Below, one piece after another: positions 23,110-35,462 of a stretch of DNA of 47,188 bases. Where the stretch lies: contig NC_068988.1 of NCBI RefSeq assembly GCF_001194135.2, positions 1,970,795 through 2,017,982 on the forward strand, in the 5' to 3' direction. The position numbers and the translations under genes are program-made. Each line of letters begins with the position of its first letter. The stretch's first letter is position 1. Origin of the DNA: Octopus bimaculoides. Lineage: Eukaryota. The notes under the pieces are model-generated. The model was not told the origin of the DNA and ran no database searches. It saw only the letters and a list, made by a program, of their open reading frames with translations.

Positions 23110-24066
23110 ATTTTTCTCTCTCTTTATCTATATATTCATATATATATATATATATGCAGCCAATTGAATTGTACTAAGGGAAGTGTGGTTTTGTTTCACA
23201 AGATATAGTGCGGGACCATAATATGACTTTATGCATAAGGATCCGGTAACAGTTATCCATACTAAAGTATATATTTTCTTATTGAGCGTTTTGATTGGTA
23301 TATTCACTGTTCGTCTTCTGGTGCTACATCTTTATATAACCTGTTTCTTTGAAGGTGCGAAGTAAGCTTTCAAATCGTAGTCATAAGAGTTTTTGGGAAA
23401 AGAAAACAGTGATAGGTGCCTCTTCTAACACGTTCACGACTTTAAATTTTGACGGTCAGAAATCCTTTTTAAGTTACACAAGACAACTTTTGTTTTGATA
23501 TTGTTTCGTTTTTTTTTACGAAAGTGAAAGTTAAAAATAATATCATTCTGAACCAAAGAAGCAGTCGCCAAACAATTTTGTAACATCTGAAATAAGATTC
23601 CAAACAGAGTAAATGAAATTACAGATGTGGCAGATCTGTATCCCCGCCATGTTTTCAAAACAGATAGAAACAACAACTATAGCCAATACAACAGACAACA
23701 AACATTAGCAACAAAATAAAGAGGTAACAGGAAATAATAAATAAAACTGGATTTTCGTCTTATATTTTGTAATTTTCCCTTGTCATAAAGTGAACTAAAA
23801 TGCCATCAAATATTATCTATGTTTAAAATTCATTCGTTATAGCGTAAAGTAAATTGGCGCCAATATAATTAAGTCTTTAAGAAAGAAAATTGTAAAAAGC
23901 TGATGTAGTTTCAGAAGCACTTATTTCGGCAGTGACGTTCGATAATAGCAGAAATGGTAAAGATGGTGTGAGAGATGGAGGTAAGAAAGCCATGGAAAAA
24001 TATATGGTTGCTATTGCTCGTATGCCACAATATATATATTTTCATTCCTTTCTCTAGTGAAACTAA

Positions 24067-24099
<33 letters not shown>

Positions 24100-24573
24100 A
24101 AATGTATTGTTTAAACATTATCATGAATAATCCAAACAACTCCGCATTTGTTCAGGTCTGTTGTTCTGACACGTAAGATATATAACCAACTGTGCATGTG
24201 TGTAATGCGCAAAAGTAAAACAGAACAAACATGGCCACTAAAATATGTCGGATTTAATTTGGTTTGTGTTGGCAAAGTCAGGATGGTGTAAAGGCAGGCA
24301 GGATGTTATTAAAAACCTGAAGATTAGCATTTTTAGACTTTTAACTTTTCTCACGTTTAATAAGAAATGTTTTTGTCTAAACACAGAGTCAATATTTTAA
24401 AAGGCAGTGAGTTTAGTTAACAATCAAATCACTATATTCCTGTTCTGTTGGCTCAAAGTAACAGCTGCTGCTGCTGCTGGTGAGGATTGAAAATTAAATG
24501 TAGGAGTATCAAGTTCAGTTTTTATTGGACTTATGACCAGCAGAAATATTGAGTGTCGTTTTTTGTCTATATA

Positions 24574-24628
24574 ACTGGTACTCCGTTAGTGACAACGTTG
24601 AGCGTTGCAGTTGATCCGATCACTGGAA
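24574..24628 (-). mobile_element. SINE family C 3' terminal fragment
   Basis: Reverse complement ttccagtgatcggatcaactgcaacg...taacggagtacca matches the family C end. Confidence 0.6.
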
Positions 24629-26061
24629 TCGTAAAAAGTAAGGTTCCTTTCCGAGCCATGCACTAGGGACATCTTTCACAATTAAGTGATGATTATAACT
24701 ATATTTGTGAAGAGAGATTTTTCTCAAATTTTAACCAATCGTCTTTTCAGATGACTTTCGATTCACGTCTGCCTCGTCGCATTAACACGGAGATTGCATC
24801 ATTTGAAATGCAACGTTATCATATCTCGTTTCCGCTGTCAAATTACAGAGTTTTCTGCCTATTAAGAAAGCTCGTCAGTTTACCGTATTACAAAAACTGA
24901 ATGAGCAATTAACTGACAATAATAATGAGCATTTAACTAACAATAATAATAATAAGGTTGCCGAGGTTGATCTGAAGCAGCGGTTCCCGACAGGATGAGT
25001 GTGGGACGTAGAGTTCAACGAACGTAATACTAAGAAGGTCCACAAAATGTGCACAAAACTTTAAAAGGCCGCAGCGCGACATTAGTATGTAATTAGTCAG
25101 CAGCAACGCATAATTTTTGGTATCAAATTTCGGCACAAGGCCGTCAATTTCGAGGGAGGGGCCAAGGAGCTGCCCTTCCTCCCCAGAGTTCCGTTGCGAA
25201 AAGACCTCTCCTGTCACCTCCAAGAAAAACGATGAAATAGCTAAAAGACTAGTGTTTACCTTCATTTCTCATGGTATTCAGAACATAAGAGTTAACAATT
25301 TTCCAGGATAGTACGCTAGTCAATCATAGCTTACATTTCACCGAAAGGAATTGAATTCAAATCTAAAAAAACAGTTACCAATTTAACAATGTTCCTTTGA
25401 ACCTGTCGTATCTAGCTACAACGAGATGAATTTGATTGTTGGAATCTAAGTACCTTGACCAAGAATACAGTCATTGGAAATATCAAAAGAAAAATAGATT
25501 TTCACTTATTTCCTAGTCTAAGTTTAGATTTTCCAGCTTCCAATAATAAGAATAGTTTTTTTTTTATTTCTTAAAATATACTAAATCAAGAGTTAATAGG
25601 TATCGATAATTATTGGATTTTTTTTATCTTGACGTTTTTTCCCGATATGATGACAAAAGATGTTTAAATGCGATAAAAACAATTTTAAACGATGACCTTT
25701 TATTGGAGTACAGTAGGAAAAGTAATGTTGGCTCAAGCAAAATTTCTAATCAATTCTTACTTTCATCTAAGTGTAATCAATACAAAACAGTAATCAATCA
25801 CGAAAAAGTGGTTTAGAAGTTTACAACTGAATATAAATTGTTCAAATTCGACAATTGGGTTTCGATTCCTCTTTTTCCTTTTGTTATGACTTTTCCTTGC
25901 CAAAATTATGTTTCTTCTATGAATAGAATCACACTGAGATATTTTAATAAAATCGTATTTCCCTACGTCAATTCCATTGTCCAATTGAAAGAGAAGCAAA
26001 TGAAATAATCTATCAAATGTTCTTATTCTGATCTATCATTTGGTTTGATTTTTACACAGAA

Positions 26062-26247
26062 AGGCGCAAGCGTGGCTGTGTGGTAAAAAGCTTGTTTCTC
26101 AACACCATGGTTCCGGTTTCAGTCTAACTGCCTGACATCGTATTGTCTTGAGAGACATCTTCATTCTGGCATCTAGGTCTTCTACTCTAGTCTCGGGTTA
26201 ACCAAACCCATGTGATTGGATATGATAGACGGAAGTCGAAAGCCTGT

Positions 26248-26304
<57 letters not shown>
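26062..26304 (+). mobile_element. SINE family B 5' half, running into (TG)n and a gap
   Basis: aggcgcaagcgtggctgtgtggtaaaaagcttg...ccatggttccggtttcagtc...tagacggaagtcgaaagcctgtcatgtgtg. Confidence 0.8.
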
Positions 26305-26514
26305 NNNNNNNNNNNNNNNNNNNNNNNNNNNNNNNNNNNNNNNNNNNNNNNNNNNNNNNNNNNNNNNNNNNNNNNNNNNNNNNNNNNNNNNNNNNNNNNN
26401 NNNNNNNNNNNNNNNNNNNNNNNNNNNNNNNNNNNNNNNNNNNNNNNNNNNNNNNNNNNNNNNNNNNNNNNNNNNNNNNNNNNNNNNNNNNNNNNNNNNN
26501 NNNNNNNNNNNNNN

Positions 26515-26696
26515 GAGAGAGAGAGAAAGGGGAGAGAGGGGAAGAGAGAGAGGGGAGAGAGAGAAGGAGAGAGAGAGAGAGAGAAAAGGGAGAGAGGGGA
26601 AGAGAGAAAGAGAAGAGGGGAGAGAGAGGAAGAGAGAGAGGGGAAGAGAGAAAGAGAAGAGGGGAGAGAGAGGAAGAGAGAGAGGGGAGAGAGAGA
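26515..26696. repeat. GA-rich polypurine low-complexity tract
   Basis: Direct; contains repeated gagagggaagagagaaagagaagagggg units. Confidence 0.95.
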
Positions 26697-28994
26697 CTGT
26701 TTTAAACAGGTGCAAATTGAAGACTATGAGGTTACCCAGTTGGAGAGTTTAGTATCTGCAATTCCTCTTCTAACACCAGAGCAGTCTTGACGAGACGTTA
26801 TGAACTTGGCAGATCAAAATTTAAATTTCTTTAGAAAAACAGTTATTTTGGTTTTTCGGTAAATGCTTATTGGGGAGATTTTTTATAACATGATACCGCA
26901 GCGAGATTTCTTTCTCCAAATTCTTTCGAGTATCATCTAAAAGCCTGCAGAATGTTACCATTTATATTCGTGTCACAAGTTCACCATTAGTACACACTCG
27001 AGCCAATGTTTATTAAAAGGAAAGCCAGAATGAAGATTTCGCACAAGACAATAACCGTATAAGAATGGAGTATGAGTGACTGAGATTTGGTATAGGGGCC
27101 ATATTTATTTTCATTAACTCTAAAGTATGATAGATAATCGAGGTCAATGCTAATATATTTTGAAATGTCGAACGTAGAGTAACAAAAATAAATAATGTTG
27201 GGTGACTTAGTTTCGTGCCAGTTCAGTGTCAGAAATATTAATGTCAGACATATTACAAGAACTGATAACACCTCCCCACTCCTGACTAAAAGAAAAACAA
27301 AACTGTATAAGCATTACTTCTTTCTTTTTTGATTATTGACTGATAAATACCTACGTCCATTTATTATTCCGTCATCAGAGAACTGTTTACAACTATTTGT
27401 TGGAATGGTAGCTGTTAGATAAGCAGATTCTCTGCCAGCTCTCAGTCAACATCGTAAGTTTAGAACCGCATTCTGTATCAGTCTATAAAACCCGAGAACG
27501 CTTTGCAATTATGTATTCCTACGACAGATGCTAGCTAACCGGATTCCATACGCACTTTCTATCGATATGGTAAAATGAGAACCGCAACTTTCTAATAGAG
27601 TTCTACAGGGACATTGACCAAACGCTCAACATTCGATTCTTTAGAGTGTAAAATAGAAACTTTGCATGATTTATTTATTTCAGTATTTCATTTCCAAACG
27701 ATAGTGATAGAGATATCAATTCTTCTAGGATTTCCCACTGAGATGAGAAATGAAATCGTGGTGTGTGGCAAATTGTCTTTTATCTTGTTGCTTCAATACT
27801 TCTATAGAAATAGCAGCAGTTCATATATATATATATATATANNNNNNNNNNNNNNNNNNNNNNNNNNNNNNNNNNNNNNNNNNNNNNNNNNNNNNNNNNN
27901 NNNNNNNNNNNNNNNNNNNNNNNNNNNNNNNNNNNNNNNNNNNNNNNNNNNNNNNNNNNNNNNNNNNNNNNNNNNNNNNNNNNNNNNNNNNNNTATCAGA
28001 TTATTAATAAGAAAATAAAAATGGGATTATTATCAAGAAATAAAAATAACGTACCCTTTGTTTTAGATTCTACACAAACACTTTTGGCAATCTGTCTTTC
28101 TCTTCCGGGTTTACAAATTTACATACGGTAGTTAGCTTATCAGCTTAACCTAATGTGAAGCTGTTAACCAAATTTATTTTTCAGCTGTTTCTGAAAGCCT
28201 TATGGCATAGTGAACATTTAAATGCTTCGTCCTTTCCGTGTTTATATCCTCTTTCTTATATTATTGTTTCTAACTTCAATAATGCAATATTCTGTTGGGA
28301 CAGCGAACGAGGAAGTAAACTGTTTCGCTTCCCTCTTGCATTTATTTTGCTTTACCCATGCAACCATTACTCTTTAAGCAAAATGTGTGAATTACTCAAA
28401 TGAGTTTTCCCATTCATTTCAATCAGAAACCTGGTGATTTTTGCTTCAAAATTTCGGAATTCTAAAATGAAAACGAGTTCTTTAACAAAAGGTCTCTGCT
28501 AAGTTCAACCTGCTATTCGGTTTCACTTCTTAATGCTTGTTTTGAAAATCGCAAAAATTACTGCATTCCAGCATCCGTACTTCTTTAAATTTCAGCCCCT
28601 GTGTCTCTCTAGAATGACTGTTTCATACAAACTTAAGGAATACTATTTTTGGAACTTGCTCCACAAGGTCTAGTCCTTGTTGCGATGTTATAACCTATGT
28701 GCCTCAATGAGACGAGAGCCAGCGGAGCACAAGCTCGTGATATGACCTCCCCTGCTGGACGGGGAAGACAGAGGCCAGACTAATATCAGAAGATAGAGGC
28801 CAGACTAATATGAACTACCTCATTCTAGAGGTAAAAATGGGTTTATGTAGGGCTCACACCCCTACTTTGAAAAGAAGCAAATTTACAGAAGAATCGATGA
28901 AAATTCGAAACAAACAAAACCTTGGCGAGGAAAGCCTTCCTTCAAGGTAACACATGATGCGCTGCAGCAAAATTCGAAACGTCTTAAAGAAATC

Positions 28995-29215
28995 TACAGC
29001 CTACATTAAATGTCAGGTCTTGACCTGGGATCCACAAGGGTGGAGGAAGATGAATGGAGAACTTCAAAAATGGCCGGAGATGTAAGGCTGAGGCAAAACT
29101 AAAACGTTGGGATCCAACTGGAGAGCAGACATGGCAGTTGAGAGTAGAGAACTGAAGAAAAGTCACAGGAAGACTATGCTCCATAAAGAGTGAAGAACTT
29201 AAGAGATGAGACACT
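28995..29215 (+). pseudogene. RTE-clade LINE extreme 3' end
   Basis: QVLTWDPQG (cf. QALTWNPQG), then after a frameshift EAKLKRW..TW...RKVTGRLCSIKSEE (cf. DR..WR.LV.GLCS). Confidence 0.7.
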
Positions 29216-29231
29216 ATAACTTGCTCTCTCT

Positions 29232-29346
<115 letters not shown>

Positions 29347-29391
29347 TAATAATAATAAATGGAGCAAAACGCATATAAACAAAAGTTCCTT

Positions 29392-29484
29392 TAATTCCTA
29401 CATATGTTTCAAAATATATGTGCACTCTACTCCAAAGAAGTAAGAGGTGCTGGAATTGCACATATATTCATCGTCAGGGACCTA
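29392..29484 (-). ncRNA. Type-I hammerhead ribozyme (family 3), partly decayed
   Basis: Minus strand: taggtcc CTGACGA tg aatatatgtgca-loop-tgcacatatatt tt GAA ACATATGT A ggaatta. Perfect 12-bp stem II (29413-29424/29457-29468), palindromic stem III, imperfect stem I; the stem II closing pair is mutated. Confidence 0.65.
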
Positions 29485-29591
29485 ACTGTGAGCAAACGGG
29501 TAAACGTTTGGAGAAATCCCTGACCAATATATATATATATATATTGGTCAGGGATTTCTCCAAACGTTTACCCGTTTGCTCACAGTTAGGT
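29480..29591. repeat. Perfect 112-bp palindrome centred on (AT)n
   Basis: acctaactgtgagcaaacgggtaaacgtttggagaaatccctgacca-(at)n-tggtcagggatttctccaaacgtttacccgtttgctcacagttaggt; no mismatch seen. Confidence 0.95.
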
Positions 29592-29859
29592 ATTCAGAAC
29601 AAGGTGGAGGAGGAAGAGGGGGGAGAGAGAACTGCACCGATATTATAGTAAAGATGCAATTGCAACGGTTACTAAGCGATGCAGTCGAAACATATGCAGG
29701 TCTATTTGAGGCTGCGTTTATATATAAACATGAATTAAAGGTAATGCTAATGCTACTTCGTCATAATCCTTATTATCATTATATATATAATACAAATAAT
29801 ATGTAAGTATATGCATATAATAATACAAATAATATGTGAGTATATGCATATATACGAAC

Positions 29860-30090
29860 AAGGCGAGCTGGCAGAATCGTTAGCATGCCGGGTGAAATGC
29901 TTAGCGGTATTTCGTCTGTCTTTACGTTCTGATATCAAATTCCGCCGAGGTCGTCTTTGCCTTTCATTCTGTCAGGGTCGATTAAATAAGTACTAGTTAA
30001 TCACTGGGGTCTATATAATCGACTTAATCCCTTTGTCTGTCCTTGTTTGTCCCTTCTATGTTTAGCCCCCTGTGGGCAATAAAAAAAAAA
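29860..30090 (+). mobile_element. SINE family A with an alternative 3' tail and A-rich end
   Basis: aaggcgagctggcagaatcgttagc...gaggtcgtctttgcctttcatt..., tail ccctttgtctgtccttgtttgtccc...gccccctgtgggcaataaaaaaaaaa. Confidence 0.88.
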
Positions 30091-30529
30091 ATATTCTTCA
30101 ACATGCACGGAAATAGCCGAGGCTATCTCTCCCTCAATATACGTATATTTAAAATTGCCGCCAGGTGGAAGCATGTTGGAATCTGATAAGGAAGCTTAGC
30201 TTTCACTATTGTGTTTTTTTTTATGATTTTTATACCTTGAAATTCGAATTGCCGTGGAAGAATAAGGTAATATTAAAAAAAATTATTCATGTTTCTTTGT
30301 GAGAGTGCTGAGGAAGGTACACTTGATAATTTAAATTAAATTGATATTTTTTCAAATTCATTTTAATTAATTTACAAGTTAGACTGGAACTCACAGTAAT
30401 TTTGAAAAAGAAAATTGTGTTGTTCGTCTCTGCCGCTGACAGCTCGTATTCGTATCAAGGTGAATTATAGGTGTTTTTCGTTAAAGCATCTATGTTTTTC
30501 AACATGTACGGAGATAGCCGAAGCTATCC

Positions 30530-30609
30530 CTCTCCCCTCACTCTCTCTCTCTCTTTCTTTCTTTTTCTCTCTCTTTCTCTCACTCTCTCTCTTTCTCTCT
30601 CTCTCTCTT

Positions 30610-30676
<67 letters not shown>
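30530..30676. repeat. CT-rich and (AT)n tract before a gap
   Basis: Direct. Confidence 0.95.
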
Positions 30677-31543
30677 NNNNNNNNNNNNNNNNNNNNNNNN
30701 NNNNNNNNNNNNNNNNNNNNNNNNNNNNNNNNNNNNNNNNNNNNNNNNNNNNNNNNNNNNNNNNNNNNNNNNNNNNNNNNNNNNNNNNNNNNNNNNNNNN
30801 NNNNNNNNNNNNNNNNNNNNNNNNNNNNNNNNNNNNNNNNNNNNNNNNNNNNNNNNNNNNNNNNNNNNNNNNNNNNNNNNNNNNNNNNNNNNNNNNNNNN
30901 NNNNNNNNNNNNNNNNNNNNNNNNNNNNNNNNNNNNNNNNNNNNNNNNNNNNNNNNNNNNNNNNNNNNNNNNNNNNNNNNNNNNNNNNNNNNNNNNNNNN
31001 NNNNNNNNNNNNNNNNNNNNNNNNNNNNNNNNNNNNNNNNNNNNNNNNNNNNNNNNNNNNNNNNNNNNNNNNNNNNNNNNNNNNNNNNNNNNNNNNNNNN
31101 NNNNNNNNNNNNNNNNNNNNNNNNNNNNNNNNNNNNNNNNNNNNNNNNNNNNNNNNNNNNNNNNNNNNNNNNNNNNNNNNNNNNNNNNNNNNNNNNNNNN
31201 NNNNNNNNNNNNNNNNNNNNNNNNNNNNNNNNNNNNNNNNNNNNNNNNNNNNNNNNNNNNNNNNNNNNNNNNNNNNNNNNNNNNNNNNNNNNNNNNNNNN
31301 NNNNNNNNNNNNNNNNNNNNNNNNNNNNNNNNNNNNNNNNNNNNNNNNNNNNNNNNNNNNNNNNNNNNNNNNNNNNNNNNNNNNNNNNNNNNNNNNNNNN
31401 NNNNNNNNNNNNNNNNNNNNNNNNNNNNNNNNNNNNNNNNNNNNNNNNNNNNNNNNNNNNNNNNNNNNNNNNNNNNNNNNNNNNNNNNNNNNNNNNNNNN
31501 NNNNNNAACCGGAACCTTTCTCTGTCGGACAAACGTATTGTAC

Positions 31544-31795
31544 AGTTCTATACTTAAGAGATGAGAAATTATGTACATTATTTACATTTGACGGATATTT
31601 GTCCTCATCTTGTTTGTTGTTAACACAATGTTTCGGCTGATATACCCTCCATTTCGGCTGATATACCTTAGGAATGAGAACCCAGATTCGAAATTTCCCC
31701 AAGACACCTGATGAAGGCTGAAGGGTATATCAGCCGAAACGTTGTGTTAACAACAAACAAGGTGAGGACAAATATCCGTCAAATCTAAATAATTT
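31544..31795. mobile_element. Second family-1 fold-back hammerhead element, centre deleted
   Basis: Left arm 31544-31650 (minus) and right arm 31663-31795 (plus) match the arms at 14402-15017; no tRNA head or (AAT)n. Confidence 0.88.
31703..31748 (+). ncRNA. Minimal type-I hammerhead ribozyme (family 1), core intact
   Basis: gacac CTGATGA a ggctg aagggtatat cagcc GAAAC GTT gtgtt; predicted cut between 31743 and 31744. Confidence 0.82.
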
Positions 31796-31954
31796 AGATA
31801 ATAAACGTATTGTAGTTCAGGCTTTCGCCGCTAGAAGCCACTTGATGCGACCTTCAGGCATCAGTCTGCTGACAGGCATTGTCAACCTAAGTCGTACTGC
31901 CACGTGGTATGTCTTTGTTTTGCAGTGCTTCTCCTCTGTTCGTCGATTTTTGCG

Positions 31955-32547
31955 ATGGCTGAAACGAAGGAACAGCGTACTTTCGTGTAAATCTGTTTTC
32001 TGCTGGGGAAAACAGCAGCCGAAACTGTTGTCATGCTTGAAGCAGCTTTTAAGGATGCTACCATGAGCAAAACACAAGTTTACGAGTGGTTTTTCACGCT
32101 TTAGGAATGGTCACTTGTCGCTTGAGGACCAACCTCGTTTAGGACGACCGAAGATTCATGAACTGATCTTGGAGGATCGTCACTGAACAATTGACAAACT
32201 TTCTGACATGACAGGTATGTCCTAGAGCTCCTGCCAATAAATTTTGAGCGAGGAATTACGAATGAAAGGAGTTGCAGCAAAATTTGTGCCTCGCTTGTTC
32301 GCGGAAGATCAAAAGCAGTCACGACTGAATGCGTGTCATGAACTGAAAGAACGGTTGGAAGTTGATCCGGACCTTTTTCAACGGAATTTGCAGATGTGGA
32401 AGAGATGAAGAAAAAACGACGGAGGCGTTAAAAGGCATCACTTTGCAAGAGTTCCATCACTGTTTCGAATTGTGGAAAATGCGTCTGGACCGATGCATTG
32501 CTTCAAATAAAGAATACTTTGAAAGCGATAAAAGAGTAAACATGTAA
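31955..32547 (+). pseudogene. Internally deleted mariner transposase
   Basis: MAETKEQR..CFLLGKTAAET.VML..AF...MSKTQVYEWF, EDQPRLGRP, AAKFVPRL..EDQKQSR (WVPHEL-like), then a jump to FADVEEMKKKTTEAL...FELWKMRLDRCIASNKEYFE; TIR-like aaattccggtttctttt near 32575. Confidence 0.92.
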
Positions 32548-33288
32548 AACAAAGTGAATAAAATAATACTGCAAAATTCCGGTTTCTTTTGGGTATTAGT
32601 ATTAGTAAACGAAAGATAAATTTCGTTCGATACAAGTTTCATTGGGATCTCAATCCTTTTTACTAAGAAGTGAACACATCTCGAACTGACTTCCTGCTCT
32701 TGATTTATCGCCAAAGCCAACAGGTAACAGAGCTCTTGAAAATTTTGGAGAAACGGCAGCCTGGTTTCATTGACAATACAGAGAGAGAGAGAGAGAAGGG
32801 GGGTAGAGACGGAGAGAGATAAGAAGCGAGAGAGAGAGAGAGAGAAGAGTTATCTACCTTAAGGAAACATACCTTTAATACTACACGTTGGCCAAAGTCC
32901 AATCAATTTAGCTGCCTCTCTTCCTCTCACCACCCTCTCACCAGCCCCAACCTTTTCCATTCCTCTCCGCCCTTTCCCCGTAGAACTGCAACTTTCTGGA
33001 AAGGACCATCCACGTTTTCTTAGATAATTTCAAGTTAAGCATGAACGCTAAGGGAACTGCTTCCTCCTTCGATAATTGTATAAAAAAGATTCAGACTGAA
33101 GATTAACGGCACCCATCTTCCTTGGTAATCCTTCTTCTTCTTGAAGAGGTCTTGAAAGGGCTGTTGATTGGGAAATAAACTAAAAAGTAAATCTCACTTG
33201 TTTAAACCAGATTATGAGTTGGCATAAAGTTACAGGCACAACAATGTTATGTTCGGAAAGGGACCAGTCTAATTTAGTTGACATGAAA

Positions 33289-33358
33289 TACAAAGAAAGA
33301 GAGAAAGAAAGAAAGAAAGAAAGAAAGAAGGAAAGAAAGAAAGAAAAAAGAAAGAAAA
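33289..33358. repeat. (AAAG)n microsatellite
   Basis: Direct. Confidence 0.93.
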
Positions 33359-34604
33359 ACATTAACCTGAGGTTGATGGAAGTTTTGTATGTTTCTATTA
33401 CATTAAAAGGGAAATTGGTCAGAACAGGAGATGCCTTATAAGAATTACTCCAGTAACCATAAAAGGAGATGGTTGCAAAGAGTAGAAACAGGTATTTCGT
33501 CTAAAACCACGCCTACTAATCGCCGGGCAGTTGGTGTTCCTCTTCAAGTTAGGGTTTATCTATGACAGAGCTGTGATCCCATTATTCCACATATCTGTAA
33601 TCTCCAATCTTGGTCATTAGCCTCGTTCAAAAGAGAGGGGAAGGTCCAATGAAACCAACTTACTCATGGTAATCAGTATAAAGATTAAAAAAAAAACCTT
33701 CGATTATGAAAACCCAGATGTTATAAATCCATTGTATCAGTTTTTGAAATCTTCAGTTTTTAAATTCTTCAGTGAATTCTTTGAAACCTTAATGTTATGA
33801 TTTCCAAATAAATATTTCAGCTCTAAATCACGGTACCTAATCATTTAGTATGACGTTTTTATTTATTAAGCCTGATTTGCGTGTATTTCTCCCACCAAAA
33901 TGGAACATTTAGAGAAAGCAAACAAAATGCGAGATATATTCTTGGATTGTTTAAATAAAATATACGAAATGAGATTTTATTCTGATTTCTGATGTGAAAG
34001 CATATCGTGAAACTAAGCCATAAATCCAAACACCAAAGTCGTTTTACTCTGGAATCGAGTAAAGTTTATACAGTTGCAAATAACAACATCAACGGTTACA
34101 GATATTTTAGAATTAATCATGTTATGTTACAGTTCAATGCAATCGATTCTCGTTGCTTCCAACTTGGTAATTGTTCTTTAGAGAGATAACCATAAATCTT
34201 CTTCTTGAAAGGAAAACAATTCGAAATTTACAGGACACTAATAAAGAACATCGGAGGCTTTTGTAGGGATAAGCGAACGTGTATAGTTTCTATATTGCTC
34301 AATATAAATGGGTTATGCTATGATTTCTGGTATTTCATAGCCTACCAAAATCGTAACTTATATTCCTCGTTAGAAATTAAGAAATAGAACCAATTCACAT
34401 TATATTTCGCTTGAATAATTTCCTCCTAAAACAATTGAATTAATATCCGGTTTAAGTTCGATTTTACCAAAAGTAGATATAGAAATAGTGTAAATCTTTT
34501 TGGCGCAACACCCACAGAACGAGAACAGGTTCGTTACTTATAAAGAAGCCTAGCTTTTATTTCACTCAACCATTCTTTAAATTATTCTTTAGAGGTGAAC
34601 AAGT

Positions 34605-34973
34605 GGAGGCGCAATGGCTCAGTGGTTAGGGCAGCGGACTCGCGATCTTAGGATCGTAGTTTCGATTCCCAGACCGGGCATTGTGAGTGTTTATTGAGCG
34701 AAAACACCTATAGCTCTGCGAGGCTCCGGCTCCGGCCGGGGGTGGCTGGTGAACCCTGCTGTACTCTTTCTCTCACTCTTTGTTTCTGTTGTACCTGTAT
34801 TTCAAAAGGGCCAGCCTTGTCACACTCTGTGTCAGGCTGAATCTCCCCGAGAACTACGTTAAGGGTACACGTGTCTGTGGAGTTCTCAGCCACTTGCACG
34901 TTAATTTCACGAGCAGGCTGTTCCGTTGATCGGATCAACTGGAACACTCGTCGTCGTAACCGACGGGATGCCA
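34605..34973 (+). mobile_element. tRNA-derived SINE family C variant, full length
   Basis: ggaggcgcaatggctcagtggttagg (A box), gtttcgattccc (B box); 3' half shared with 1158-1461, different middle. Confidence 0.88.
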
Positions 34974-35394
34974 TGATGATATATATTTATATATATCATA
35001 ATGGTCTATAATGGAAAACAGATAAATTATAGACCACGTAAATCGGGTACCAATTTGAGAAAGAAACACTAAAAAGAAAAAAAAAAATCTATTTTATTAT
35101 TAATAGAATAGATTTAACCAATGTTGTCTTAATACGCATAGAGTCAGTGTGGAGTCATTAGGACAACTGGGGGTAATTAACATAACTGATGCCGTGATTA
35201 GGACATCTGGGGTAATTACCGTAACACATTTGATTACGTTTCCAAGCATAATAATTGGAGAAACGGTATCAGTCTTCACTAAGGTAACTTAATTCTGATC
35301 AACTGAAGTTACCGCAATTGTCTTTTCACTGAAGCTTCAATAACTGAACTGGTAGAGCAACGAACAAAATACTTTGTGGCATTTAATTACATCC

Positions 35395-35462
35395 TTTTGT
35401 GCTCAACATTCAAATCCCGTCAAAGTCATTTTGCTTTCCGTCGTTCCGACATCGATGAAGTT
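35395..35462 (+). mobile_element. SINE family A fragment, very old
   Basis: caacattcaaatcccgtcaaagtcattttgctttccgtcgttccgacatcgat resembles the B box and body. Confidence 0.4.

Noticed and set aside
23560-23660. NI*NKIPNRV...FK as a CR1/L2 C-terminus
   Set aside because: Similarity is too short to distinguish from chance.
25613-25816. ORF with LDVFSRYDD as a possible RT motif
   Set aside because: Surrounding residues do not fit RT motif spacing.
27351-27385. Minus-strand ctgatgacggaataat...acgta, a possible fourth hammerhead
   Set aside because: GAAA is missing and stem I is weak; cannot be supported without paralogues.
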